Below are positions 52,050 through 64,000 of a stretch of 64,000 nucleotides of DNA, in pieces. The first letter of the stretch is position 1. Each line of letters starts with the position of its first letter. This DNA comes from Callorhinchus milii. Taxonomy: Eukaryota. Position numbers and translations under genes: made by a program. The notes under the pieces are model-generated. The model worked only from the letters and a program-made list of their open reading frames with translations, made no database searches and was not told the origin of the DNA. The DNA lies in the NCBI RefSeq assembly GCF_018977255.1, contig NW_024704742.1:64544001-64608000 (forward strand), in the 5' to 3' direction.

Positions 52050-52813
52050 CTAGATTTAAGAAAAATGCAATAAATTGTTAAAAGATTTAGTAAAAGATAC
52101 ATGGTTAATATCAATTAGTTTATGCAGGTAAGCACAACTGGCAGATCAGGGCTTTGTATCTTTTAGTTTCAAACTTTTGAAACCAATTGAAGGTGATAAA
52201 ATGTACAAATGAGTTCAAGAAACTATTCGATGCATTTCTGGCAAGAGAAAGGCATAAGGAATATCGAGATGGTTGCTAACTATCAGAACAGGTACAGGGC
52301 TTGTTGGCTCTTTTTCTGTTTTAAAAGTATTGTCAAGAATAATTTCTAAATATATTGTGACTGGGAGCAGTGCTAGATTTTGTGTAAGGAACTCAATTGA
52401 CTCTAGTCTGACATCATTGCAATACAGAGCAGCTACGGACATCCACCAAAGGTTCAGCCTCTCATTTATCCTGCCAGCCCCGAGCAAAGTGTAATTGTAC
52501 ACTCCTAGTTTAACAGCCACGTCCATTTTCCAATTTACAACAGTAACAACTATCATTCTTGTTACAAACGCAGAACAAGAAGCATACATTATAGGCAATA
52601 TTTGGGGGGTTTTCCCTGTATTTCACAAATCATTAAGCAATTGAATACAAGAAATGGATTGAATATGCTCTGAGGAAAAATGGAAAAAATAGTTTTAAAG
52701 AGCCCAAATTTACAAAGACCATCACAGAAAAGTTATGCAACTTCAACAGAGGTTCACGAAAAGTTCAAACAGGAAGCATGAAATCCCAAACAGAATGTTG
52801 CAGTGCAACATAC

Positions 52814-52953
52814 CAGTTGTCGAAGCAGATAGAGATGGCACAGGGTCCCATGCTTGGTACGGATAGTGGGATGCTATGTTGTCCCTCTTTGATACCATTG
52901 CTTGGATTTCCTGTTCCACAATTCCCCGGATAAGAGTCAATTTTCTTCCAAAC
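52814..52953 (-). CDS. HTT: huntingtin exon 56 equivalent
   Basis: ttgcag|G TTT GGA AGA...ACT G|gtatgt; [46 protein letters not shown]. Confidence 0.95.
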
Positions 52954-53760
52954 CTGCAAACAAAGTTGCCAAATGATCAGCTCAACAACTTCCATATATA
53001 AAGGCCTCCCCGCATGATAGTTTCTCGGAGCGCTGACCCTCCTCATCAACATCACCTTCGGTCACCCTCCTACCCTACCCTCCCTGACCTCCACCCTGTG
53101 ATCCCAATCCCCAGCTCGGGTCCAAATCCCTAATTGTCCAGCGCCCTGGGACATTCTCCTGACGTGAAAGGCGCTACACAAATGTAATTTGTTGTTGTAG
53201 TCATGTTCATCAACTATCAACTAAAATCTGTAAATGGAACATTTTAAAATTATTTTTTTGCAGAAGAATTTTTAATCGGATAGGTTCTAAGAATTAAAGC
53301 TTCAGTGCCTCTTAACTTTGATGGACTGGAATAACTCTCAAAGGACCTGGAAGAGAAACTTTCAAGAGTGCAGTACAGTGGTTAATGATGCATTAATATG
53401 CAACATCAGAGCATGAGACATTTACCCTGATTTCGAATTTCCTTTTGGTTCCCAATCTCAGCTGCAATACACATGGAGAATAAATCAGTGCTCAGATTGC
53501 TGGCCAGAGTGTCATTGGTGTGGGATTAGAAACAAGCCATCTTCATCCCCTCCCTTTAAGAAGAAACACATTTGGCCTTGAAAACAGCAAACTAAAGGGA
53601 CCAATGGGGGAGGGAAGTCAAAATTCCATTCATGCACGGATAATGGAATGAAAACCTCAGAGAGACATTCTTGTCCATACCAGATAACAAAACGGTTGTG
53701 TGAGTTCCTTTATACGTGAAAATTTATTACAGCTGGATAAGCAAATATTGTAAAACTGAC

Positions 53761-53915
53761 CTTGTATCGAGAGACTTCAAAGTTTTATTACGAGGCTGGT
53801 GTTCAAGGCAGCTAGTGGCTGGATTCCCTGCTGCTGGAATTGCCATGGCACTTAGCACCAAGGATGTTATTGCTTGCACCGCAAGAATATTAATCTGGGT
53901 CCTCTCAGTGTCCTC
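53761..53915 (-). CDS. HTT: huntingtin exon 55 equivalent
   Basis: ttttag|GAG GAC ACT...ACA AG|gtcagt; [51 protein letters not shown]. Confidence 0.95.
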
Positions 53916-54479
53916 CTAAAAACATGAACAGGATACTATATCATCATAAAACAAAAGCAACCTCAAAATAATAAGCATGACACAATATGAAACTATTTAT
54001 AAAATCAACTGAAGGTGAAACAGTCCAAATATCAAACTACCAATGAAGTTAAGGTCACGACAGACAAAACACTATCTGATAGCAAGATTCCATTCAACAG
54101 CATTCTTTTGCAATTCTTAAAGTAGGTCCTTGGATTTGAACCCATTAGCTGCTATAGGGGAGTGCCAGGAATGCTATCATCACTGTTGTCTGTATGCAAA
54201 ATTGGTCATTCACTTCATAGCTCTTTGTGGGATATTGCTGTTTGTGGGATATTGCTCTGTGCAAGCTGGCTAAAATGTTCGACTCCAAATAAAATCCCTA
54301 TACTTCATAGTAATACTGAAAAGCACTCTGAGACTTCCTCAAAACATGAAAAGAGCTCTATCAAATGCAAGGATTATTATTAGACACTGACTAATTTCCC
54401 CCAAATTTAAACGGCCAAGTATCCTACTCCTATTCTGTAATTCCAATGTTAAAGTATTTTAAATGAACAACCTGCTCAC

Positions 54480-55885
54480 ATCATAGAATATTACAGAAGG
54501 AGGCCATTCGACGCATCGTGCCTTCGTCGGCTCTTTGGAAGAGATACCCAATCAGTCCCACTCCCCCGTTCTTTCCCCATATCCTTGCAAATTTTTACTT
54601 TTCAAATACCTATCCAATTCCCTTTTGAAAGTTGTTATTCAATCTGTTTCCACCACCCTTTTAGGCAGTACATTCCAGACCTATGTAAAAAAAATTCTCC
54701 TCATCTACCCTCTGGTTTTGTCAATTATCTTAAATCTATGTCCCGTGGTTAATGATCTACCTGCCAGTGGAAAAAGCTTCTCCCTATCTACTCTTATCAA
54801 AACTCATAATTTTGAACACCTCTATTAAATCTCCCATTAACATTCTCTTCTCTAAGGAGAACAATCCCAGCTTCTCTAGTCTCTCCAAGTAACTAAAGTC
54901 CCTCATCCCTGGTATCATCCTGGTAAATCTCATCTGCACTCTCTCCGAGGCCTTGATATTCTTCCCAAAGTGTGATACCCAGAATTGGACACAATACTCC
55001 AGCTGAGGCCTAACTAGTGACTTACAAAGGTTTACCAGAACTTCCTTCCTTTTGTACTCTGTGCCTCTATTTATAATACTCTATTTATGTGGAGTCCTGT
55101 AGCTCAGTGGTAAGAGCACTCACCTTGCAAGCGAGACACCTGGGTTCAATTGCAGGCAAGTTTCCTTACTCCACGCCTAATAATAATCTCTCCAAAAAAC
55201 AATAATAAATTGGTCATTTTCAATCCACGACTGTTTATGGGACACTGCTGTGCGCACTTGGCTGCCGCGTTTCGCCCACAAATATACAGTCAATTCACTT
55301 TACAGTCTATTCTGTGAAACGCTTTGAGACGTCGAGAAGATGTGAAAAGCGCTATATCAAATGCAAGGATTATTATTATAAAGCCAAGGATCCCTTATGC
55401 GTTTTAACAAGTCTATCAACCTGTCCTACAACCTTCAAAGATCTGTGTATGTGAACACCCAGGTCTCTCTGCTCCTGTACCTTCTTTAAAACTACCAGTT
55501 ATTGTATATTGCCTTTCCTCATTCTTCCTCCCCAAATATATTACCTCACACTTCTCTGCATTAAACTTCATCTGCCATGTGTCTGCCTACTTCACCAGTA
55601 TATGTCCTCCTGAAGTCTTCTACCATCTTCCTCACTGTTTACTGCATTCCCAAGTTTTGTGTCATCTGCAGACTTTAAAATGTTGGTCGCTATATCCAAG
55701 TCCAAGTCATTCACTTATATCAAAAAGAGCAATTTTGCTAACTCGTCTATTATGTAGCACCTTATCAAATGCCTTCTGAAAGTCAATGTACACTACATCA
55801 ACTGTACTGCCTTCATCAATACTCTCCGTTATTTCATCAAAGAACTCAATTATGTTTATGAGAACACAATTTCCCTTTAACAAAT
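54480..55885 (-). mobile_element. CR1 LINE fragment in HTT intron 54
   Basis: IEFFDEIT...VDVVYIDFQKAFDKV; antisense FADD and LEYCVQFW remnants; tail at 54480. Confidence 0.9.
55089..55380 (+). mobile_element. full-length SINE of the same family, nested inside a CR1 LINE
   Basis: same head and tail; CR1 sequence resumes at 55381. Confidence 0.9.
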
Positions 55886-56976
55886 TTGTGTTGACTGTCA
55901 TTATGACACGATTACCAACACAGCTTTATTTGTGGAATATATTTAATTGGCCAATGTATATTACGAGATCCTGCTGCATGACCTTTTTAATATTTCAAGT
56001 GTCACATTTGATGGTAAAAGATGTAGACCAAACCGAAACATGCACAAACACCGACCGCTCTGTTAATGGTATATTTAAGCAGGGATGTTTTAATGAGAGG
56101 CGAGTTCTTGCTGAAGAAAAAAATTCCCAAAGCCTAAGTTAGGTTCAACGTTATTACGTGTGGATCAATTTAAAAAAAGAGTCCTGCTTTTCCCTTCTTT
56201 CAGAAGTTCAGAGGAAAATTTTACAAATGCAAAACGGGCAGCCACAGGAAAATTAAGCCAGACTATTTGTGTCTCTACTTTTGTGTCGCAGTCACCCTGC
56301 AATACAAGATTAGCTTTACATCATGTACATTCCTTGCTGCTTTTGTGTGTGTATGTAGTGGTTTTATATGTTTAACTCCTCGATGATTTATTTGTTTTCG
56401 TCAGGCCTAACTGTTCTTCTCAATCTCACAAAAGGAGCTTCTCCAGTTCTGAAAAAGGTTCATATTTGTAACATTCAGGCAGTCTCCTCTTTCAGATGCT
56501 GGTTGAACTGCTTTAATTTCCAATTTAATTCAGCTGCTCCCAGCTGAACTGGCCGCAAGGTGACATGCTTGGTAATGAAATGCCAAAATCGAGTCAACCT
56601 TCTGTGGCAATCTTGGTAGTCTGCTTCCTGTGTCAAGTGGGTCTGCAGTACTCTGTGGGTGATTAATTCCTTAGCTTATGGACAGGACTTGGGAGGGACA
56701 TGGATTCTTTCCACTTGGCTGTTGTTAAACCTGCAAGTCAAAGCCTGAACAGGTTAGGGTGGTCCTAAGAGCAGGAAGTTTGCTCTATGGTGCTCTGCAA
56801 TTTTAGCTGGTTAAACACCAGCAGTAACTTAAGGCTTAGCCTTGGCTCTCCCAGCTTGTATCTAGTACTCTCCAGGAATTAAGTAAGCAGGGAGGAAGGC
56901 ACTATGGTGTGTCTGACACCTGATCTGCTCAATCAATTCTTCTGTACATCAGTTTCGAAACTCAATTTTCATGTAC

Positions 56977-57080
56977 CTCTTGTGGAACCTCCTCTTCCTG
57001 ATCCATCGCTAACGGCTGGGTCACGAGCACACCAAGCAGAGTTGCCCAGGTTTCCTCAAAGTGAGTTCGGCTGGTCCATC
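56977..57080 (-). CDS. HTT: huntingtin exon 54 equivalent
   Basis: ttttag|GA TGG ACC...CAA GAG|gtacat; (G)[34 protein letters not shown]. Confidence 0.95.
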
Positions 57081-57314
57081 CTAAAACATAATTAAATAAT
57101 TAATTGCTTTAGTTATAATAATAATATAGTTCAAATAAGGCTTTGGCTCCTTACAACAATCCTCTGTGGCACATTGCTCATGGAGGAATTAAATGTATCA
57201 AAACAGAATCAGCATGTTGCAAACAAAGACTTTTGTGAAGCTAAGAGCACATTTAAATAATATTGTGCTGAAACTTGGCCAACATTCATTTGACTCAAGT
57301 GTTTCTGCACTTAC

Positions 57315-57441
57315 CAAGGACATTTATCCGATAAATGAATTCCTTAAAAACTTCTTTCTCCTGAAGGAACTCCACTGGTATTTCAGGGAGAACTGTACCA
57401 AATTCACCACCCGGGCTTGGCGACCACCCCAATTTCCAGAC
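57315..57441 (-). CDS. HTT: huntingtin exon 53 equivalent
   Basis: ccttag|GTC TGG AAA...CTT G|gtaagt; [42 protein letters not shown]. Confidence 0.95.
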
Positions 57442-58011
57442 CTAAGGAAAGTCAATTGTGAGTTAATATTAAAAATCAAGCCTTGGTGTTACTGCATTAA
57501 CTTATTCTTGGCATTTGATATTTCAGGCTCCTCCCTTTTAGAAATAGGAATAAGCGTAGGACCCACATACAGAGATTTCTGAAGAATTGTTTAACTTTAA
57601 AACCTTAGAAAAGAATTAACCTAAATAATTAAGATGGTAATAACAGAACATAACAAACAATATTTTCTCTTATAGTTCAAGGTATGGAGAATTTTATTCT
57701 GTACGCACATTATTTTAGCCAAATTTAAATCGTATGCCTGCAAAAGGATTCTTTTACCAATGCCATCTTTATTAAAAGTTAAAATGTTACTCAATTGTTT
57801 GACATTAAAGGCAATGTTTAATGAAACATTCCCATAAAAGTCCCTAAGGTAACTCCATGGATTCAAAACTGGCAACCGTAAATTGATTCAAAAGTCCCCT
57901 GTCAATATCCTCACCCGTACCAAAGTCCACCCCCCACCTCCCCATCACCTCAGTCTTTGAAAATACCCATTTTGAAAACAATACTTCACCAATGAAGTAA
58001 GCCATACATAC

Positions 58012-58199
58012 CAAAGGAGGAGCATGGGTGTAGCTGTTAACCAGAGGCAGTCTGGCCAGATTGATACTAATATTTCTGAGGGGAGGAGTTAAGAACGCTG
58101 GTATTCGATTATTGCTGGGGTGTCCAAAGAATAGTACAGACTGAAGACACTCCACCATTTCAGCCATTACTTCACAAGCTGTTGCAATGTACTTGGCCC
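58012..58199 (-). CDS. HTT: huntingtin exon 52 equivalent
   Basis: ttttag|GG GCC AAG TAC...CCT TTG|gtatgt; [22 protein letters not shown]...[16 protein letters not shown]. Confidence 0.95.
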
Positions 58200-58753
58200 C
58201 TAAAATAGAAGGGAGAATCAATAGAAGTTTGTAGCCTTGTTTTTCACCAATGTTACAACAACCAATTCATTTCTAAAGTTTCTTGCAGCAACTGCTCAGG
58301 GCAGGAAGGATGAAAGATCTACATTTTTATAGTAGCTATAATATAAAAATATTCAACATCATTTTATTGTTTTATTTTAAGTATGGTAACTATTTTTCAT
58401 ATGCAAATAGTGCAATCAATGTGTACACAGTTAAGATCCTACAAGCAGCAATGAAGCAAATAGCTGATTTTATCTACAAGATTCTTGATCAGGACACCGG
58501 GAGAATCTTCATTCTCTTTTTAACTAATGTTATGGGATCTTTAATGTCCACCTCAGAATAGGCAGACAGCCCCATCCTCTGAGGAATGGTACCTATGCGA
58601 GTGCTGCACTCCCCTTGGATGGATACTAATGGCTAGGTTAAATGATCCCAATTTCCAAATTAAAGTAATGTGTAATTAGTTAACTCCAGGAAGGGGTGAG
58701 GGCTGGAAAGAAGGTAAAAAAGGACAGAAAGAACAAGGAGAGCATTTACTTAC

Positions 58754-58849
58754 TCTCAGATACATTTGTAGCCTCTTCATCTTCATTTCTATTTTTTGAT
58801 TTCCTCTTGTCCTCGAGATGAAGAAGCTCATCACCTGGTTCAACTGCCA
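58754..58849 (-). CDS. HTT: huntingtin exon 51 equivalent
   Basis: ctccag|TG GCA GTT GAA CCA GGT...TCT GAG A|gtaagt; (V)AVEPGDELLHLEDKRKSKNRNEDEEATNVSE; phase 1 at both ends fits the neighbouring exons. Confidence 0.88.
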
Positions 58850-59231
58850 CTGGAGAAAAACAAGTTTAAATTGGTGAAAAATCACCAAATTCAGAGATCC
58901 TGCAGCAGATCATTGGTCAGTTTCTCATCACAAGTGAACCATTTTACTCAAATCAAGATGCTGTCAAAAGTAGAACTTGTGTGAGATGCGCTATAAACGT
59001 TGTTGTCTAGTTTTCTACTCGTTTGTTATCTCACATAATTATATAACTTTGAAAGTGATCTATCATTTAGTATGTTTAAGGCAAAATGAATAGTTTATTG
59101 AATAATTAAAAATGCAACACCTTAACTTAATTTACTTAAGCACTCTGGGACACTACCTTGCATGAGAGGCGCTATGTAATTGCAAGTTGTTGTTATTGTT
59201 GATTTCTGACAGCAATACAAAAAATTCTTAC

Positions 59232-59409
59232 CCGCTTCTATGATGAACCTTATACAGTTGATAACTGAACAGGCTTGCGTTACATATGCTGCAGATGCCA
59301 ATAAGTTCCAAATAGCAGGCTGCTGCAAGGCCAAGCAGCAACAATCCAAAGTGGCTTGTAAATCCAGGCTCAGTGGAACTTGATCATGCATCAGCTGCCA
59401 GCTCACCGC
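59232..59409 (-). CDS. HTT: huntingtin exon 50 equivalent
   Basis: gtgtag|GCG GTG AGC TGG...GAA GCG G|gtaag; [31 protein letters not shown]...FIIEA. Confidence 0.95.
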
Positions 59410-60559
59410 CTACACAATAGAAAATAATACCTGCACATATAAAGTCATACTATCCCTCTGTTCCGCTGAACGGAATAGATATCCAACATTGCCACATGCA
59501 ACAATACTCCTCCAGACAGTTTCAATTATTTCATACAATCAAACTTACGATGACAGACATATTGTTCCCAAATGGAAATTAGACTTAAAATGATATTTAA
59601 GGTCAATGATTTTTTTTAAATGTTAGCTTGGGGAAATGCAACCTAACTAACAATTTCACAACAAAGAGAACATGGCAGGATAGAACACAACAGCATCTTG
59701 GTAACAAGAACTACTTCACACCTGTGCCTGATATTATTTCAACCGAAATACGCTCAACTAAAGAAATATCACAATATCCATGGGTAAAAATTGTTGGGGG
59801 AACACAAGTTTGCTGTTCATCGGTGCTAGAGACAGTGGTTTGAGGCCCAATATAGTACAGTAAGTGGAGGTTGAGAGAAATTGGGAAATGGAAGAGGCAA
59901 AAGAGAAGGTTGAGAAATGATATGGTTGCCGTTTTTAAGATTTTAAAGGGACTAGATAATGTAGACTATGACAAGCTGTTTCAACTTGTCCAGAACAGTA
60001 GAACCAGAGGATTGAAGAGGGTAAATTTAAGACTAATCTGCAAGTGATAAATCTACGGAACAAGTTCCCGAGGGAGATGGCGTAAGTGGAAAGTATTGAT
60101 TCATTCAAATTAGATCATTTATTTTAGAAAATAATATTTTGGATACAGTATATTAGTAATTTGAGCCATGACATATAGTAAGTGTAGGATGGCTTGGAAG
60201 AACCAGGCAACTTTGGATCTAAGGTTCCCAAAGTTCTGTTGTAGACTAATCCATACAGAATTAATTGCTATCAACATCTCCATTATTGTAGCTTGCAACT
60301 ACCATGATGGTAGAAGGTGAACTAGATGGATCTTGGGTTTTTTTGTCTTGCAATTCCTATGTTCCCACAACAGCAGCAACTTGCACTTTTATAGCACAGT
60401 CTCAGAGCGCTTAGAACTTGCTGCGTATATCAGCTGAAAATTGGTTTTAACCAAATGGAAAGTACAAACTGGGTGCTTACAGTTCTCTGGCCTCAATGTT
60501 GATTTCAACCACTTCAGACCAAAAGAACAGCTCCCATCTTCCATAAAAGCTTACCTTCC

Positions 60560-60910
60560 CCTTCTCCCTCTTCTGTGACCATAAACACATTATCTAGGTC
60601 CCAGTCACACCTTGTCTCTCTGGTCTTCCTCTGCTGCCCTCCTTTGTTTTGCATCATTAGCACCATTTTAACCCATCATCCCCTGTCCCCCACATCATTT
60701 TCTCCTTTGTCTTTCTTGCCTTATCTCCCCTCTCTGTTAGCCCTTAAAATCTTTCCCCCGCCCAACATCCCCCAGTTCTGACGAAGGGGCATGGACTCAA
60801 AATGTTGACCCACTTTCCTTTCTCCATAGATGCTGCCTGACCTGCTGAGTGTTCCCAGCGATCTCTGTTTTTGTTTCAGATTTCCAGCATCTGCAGTATT
60901 TTGCATTTTA
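60560..60910 (+). mobile_element. Penelope-like element terminus; more decayed copy at about 56440-56520
   Basis: agttctgacgaagg...tgttgacc...agatgctgcctgacctgctgag...ttcagatttccagcatctgcagtattttgc, the typical chondrichthyan Penelope end as I recall it. Confidence 0.7.
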
Positions 60911-61337
60911 GGAAAGTACAAAGTGTTTATTTCTACTTGGATTCCTATGTTATATACATATATGATGGTACATGATAGATGCCATAAAGAGATTGGTGAG
61001 GATTTCTATCTAGGGTTTTATTTTGTATGGGGCAGTGGAGGGGGAGGAGTAGTAGAAGAGAAGTTGAGGTACAGTCTGGGGATTTCAATTTGTAGGTGTC
61101 AGTTTTATTTTTCTCAGCTTAATGAAACATCAACTTTAGTTGCCGGGCGTATGCAGGTCATTTGGTTTGGATCATTACAAAGCAGCTCCTAATAAATAGG
61201 AGGAACAGCCCTTCTAACATCTACAACACTAGGAGACAATTACAATATATAACTAGCAAGTATTAGCTTCAAAAGTAAATTCCTTTTCTCCATTACACAA
61301 CTTTTTTTCCCTCTGTTCCAAGCTTCTCAAACCTTAC

Positions 61338-61483
61338 CTCCAGGGACAAGACAACAAATTTTGCAATGTCTGCCTCTTTGTCAGTAGGAATCTGAAGAGC
61401 TGCAGGTAATTTGGGAAGAGACAGAAGGTACTGAGCCACTGCACTGCACAGACGAAGGACAGTTTGATAGAAGAGAACATCTC
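61338..61483 (-). CDS. HTT: huntingtin coding exon (human exon 49 equivalent); upstream exons lie outside the window
   Basis: tttgcag|GA GAT GTT...CTG GAG|gtaagg; encodes (G)DVLFYQTVLRLCSAVAQYLLSLPKLPAALQIPTDKEADIAKFVVLSLE, recognisably HTT. Confidence 0.93.
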
Positions 61484-63132
61484 CTGCAAAACAAAAGGTT
61501 TCATTAAACAATCAGGTTCATATCTACAAGCCTTGTAGAACGATTTTTTTAACAAAACCACACATTCAACAAGATATATGTAATAACATTCAAGGTGATG
61601 AATTTTAAAACGGTGCCATTAATTTTTTTTAAATGCTGCAGACAGCAGCAAACATACTTTGAATGTGGTTGTTGAGGTTGACAAACTCGGTTCTGTTTTT
61701 AGCTATCCAAGACAATAAAAAAGCTGGAATGTGTTGCATCAATAACTTGCATTTATAAATCACCTTTCATTTAAAACATCTTGAAGCACTTTACAGAAGG
61801 TGATTGATTAAAAGAAATGAATTCAACACTAAAGCTTTGGTTTGTTATCTCAGCTCTAAAATGTATTATCTCCCTAAAGCACACTCTCATAATACTAAAG
61901 ATAGTTACAAGGAAAGATACAAATTAAATTTGTAATCTTTGTTTTGTAAACCAGGTTTCATGACAGACATAGTGATTTGGCCAGTGTCTGAAAAAAAAGT
62001 GATTCTGGGTCATATTTCATTGCATATTAGGGCTAGCTTTTTTTTCTAATAACTGAAAGATCATTCCCCAGCAGTACCATAGCCCAAAGGCTGAGCCAAG
62101 ATCATTCATTTCATCCACTACAGAATAGCACTTACAAGCCTGAGAGCAAGAATTGTAATTGTAAATGTCACTCAGCTTTATATACAAAAAGGGAAATCCA
62201 CTAAGCATATGGAAATGCCACTATTTCTTTTCTAAAATATAATTGTATTATAGTTCAGGGTAACAAATGCATCAACAAATGATACTCATCAGTGAAACAA
62301 TTAATCAAAGCAGCCAGTTATCAATATCTGAGAGGAGGATTTTCACAAAGATTCAGAACTTCTGATTTACAGTGCTGATAGCAAACGGCTCAGACACAAC
62401 ACAATGGTGATGTAAAGAAACAAATCTGCTGGGGGAGGGAGGGAGAGGGATAGAAGAGGAAATATAAAGAACGCAGATTTTCCTGCATGTTCAAGATCCC
62501 AATAGACCCAGAACGTTAAGGGATAATGTCCTAAATTTGTAATTTTTCCTACAACTACAGAGTCACTACACATCACAGTAAAAATATTGTGAAGCACTTG
62601 AGACTTTTCAATGACGTAATGAGTCGCTATATTATGTGCAAGGGTCATTATCATTTTAGTTTTCCAACAGAGAAATTAATAGATAGTTTTAAGGAGAGAG
62701 AAAAATAAATCTTTAATCCAGATGTCAAGGCCCTTTCTTAGAAAGCAGCAATGAGCTGGGCATAATATCTATTTATTAAAGCACTGGGAAATGATGAGAC
62801 TACTGTGTGATAGACAGCTGTCAGGTTACAACTGAAGGGGCTCGGGTGACAACTTTTGGTTTATCTGAACTGGTTTTGAAACTTCCAAAACATGGCTCTT
62901 GGGAACAATTAAATTACTTGTAACAATATGAAATGTATAACCCACTGAATGTTATGCTTTTCTTTAAACAGGTTGGGGGAAATTAGGTCAAAATCTGTTA
63001 ACAGTCTAATCTTGCCTCATTGCATTTGCCTTTGTAGATTCATACATTTACAACGCAGGAGATTACTTAGTCCATTATGTTAGGTGCTGATGCTAGCTTT
63101 TCTAACGGAGTTATCTACTCATCCCATTCTAC

Positions 63133-63444
63133 GTGGAGTCCTGTAGCTCAGTGGTTAGAGCACTCGCTTTGCGAGTGAGAGACCTGAGTTCAATTCCAGG
63201 CAGCGTGAAACCTTGGGCAAGTTTCCTTACTCCACACAGAGCCTAATAATAATCCCTCCAAAAAAACAAAACAATAATCAATTGGTCATTTTCAATCTAC
63301 GACTGTTTGTGGGATATTGCTGTGCGCAATTGGCTGCCGCGTTCGCCGACAAATATACAGTCAATTCACTTTACAGTATATTCTGTGAAGCGCTTTGGGG
63401 CGTCCTCCCAACGTGAAAAGCGCTATATCAAATGCAAGGATAAT
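63133..63444 (+). mobile_element. full-length SINE of the same family
   Basis: A/B boxes, body and stem-loop tail as in 31395-31729. Confidence 0.92.
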
Positions 63445-64000
63445 CCTGGAGGCGAAGAACAACCCCAGGCTACTGTTTTCCACCACATCCCGACTCCTCC
63501 GTCCCCCCCGCCACCCCGCGCAGGTCATCTCCTCCAACCTTCACTGCGAGGAGATGCTGGATTTCCTTGAATCCAAGATCAAGGGAATCCGCTCCGCGGT
63601 CACTTCCCCTCCAACTTCCACCCACCACCCACCCCTTCCCTCCCACACTCCGACTCCTACCCATCCTCCCCTACACACCTTCGTACCCGTTTCCCCACCC
63701 TCTGTCACTGAACTCATCCTATCCCTAAAACCAACCACCTGCTCCCTTGACCCCATCCCCACTCCACTCCTTATCTCCCAGCTCCACTTTCTTGCCCCAC
63801 ATATCACTGACATCATCAACCTGTCCCTCTCCTCTGGCTCTGTCCCCATTCCATTAAAAACTGCCATCATCACGCCCACCCTGAAAAAACCCTCCCTTGA
63901 TGCGTCGCAGCTATCAAGCTACCGGCCCATCTCCAACCTCCCCTTTCTCTCCAAGGTCTTGGAAAGAGTTGTCGCCTCCCAACTGCGCTCTTTCCTCTCC
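63445..64000 (+). mobile_element. L2-clade LINE ORF2 fragment running off the window
   Basis: encodes LKPTTCSLDPIPT...IITPTLKKPSLD...YRPISNLPFLSKVLERVV; closely similar to 32600-33100. Confidence 0.9.

Noticed and set aside
61484..64000. Possible HTT exon 48 equivalent
   Set aside because: No frame resembling HTT with suitable splice sites was found; the exon presumably lies beyond 64000.

Overview
Vertebrate genomic DNA, most likely from a cartilaginous fish. A holocephalan (chimaera) is suggested by the tRNA-Ala-derived Deu-type SINE, L2, CR1 and Penelope repeat set; this is inference only. Two genes lie in tandem on the minus strand. (1) The 3' end of huntingtin (HTT): 19 coding exons, equivalent to human exons 49-67, from 61483 to the stop at 43307. 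All splice junctions were read by hand and keep the reading frame, and the last intron is a U12 (minor spliceosome) GT-AG intron. (2) The 5' part of RGS12: a CpG-rich promoter/non-coding exon near 31.1-31.4 kb, a ~2 kb exon encoding the PDZ and PTB domains (CDS 27906-25999), and a 120-nt exon at 7914-7795. The gene continues off the left edge. I found no MSANTD1, which lies between HTT and RGS12 in human. The rest is intronic or intergenic and dense with retroelements: L2 LINEs and a SINE sharing their 3' stem-loop tail, older DeuSINE copies, CR1, one L1-clade remnant, Penelope ends carrying decayed hammerhead motifs, a TA-flanked MITE, and an unclassified dispersed repeat. I cannot support a wholly new biological system here. 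The best leads are the missing MSANTD1, candidate alternative RGS12 first exons, an L2-tail palindrome in an HTT intron, and a SINE/L2 composite against the RGS12 promoter.
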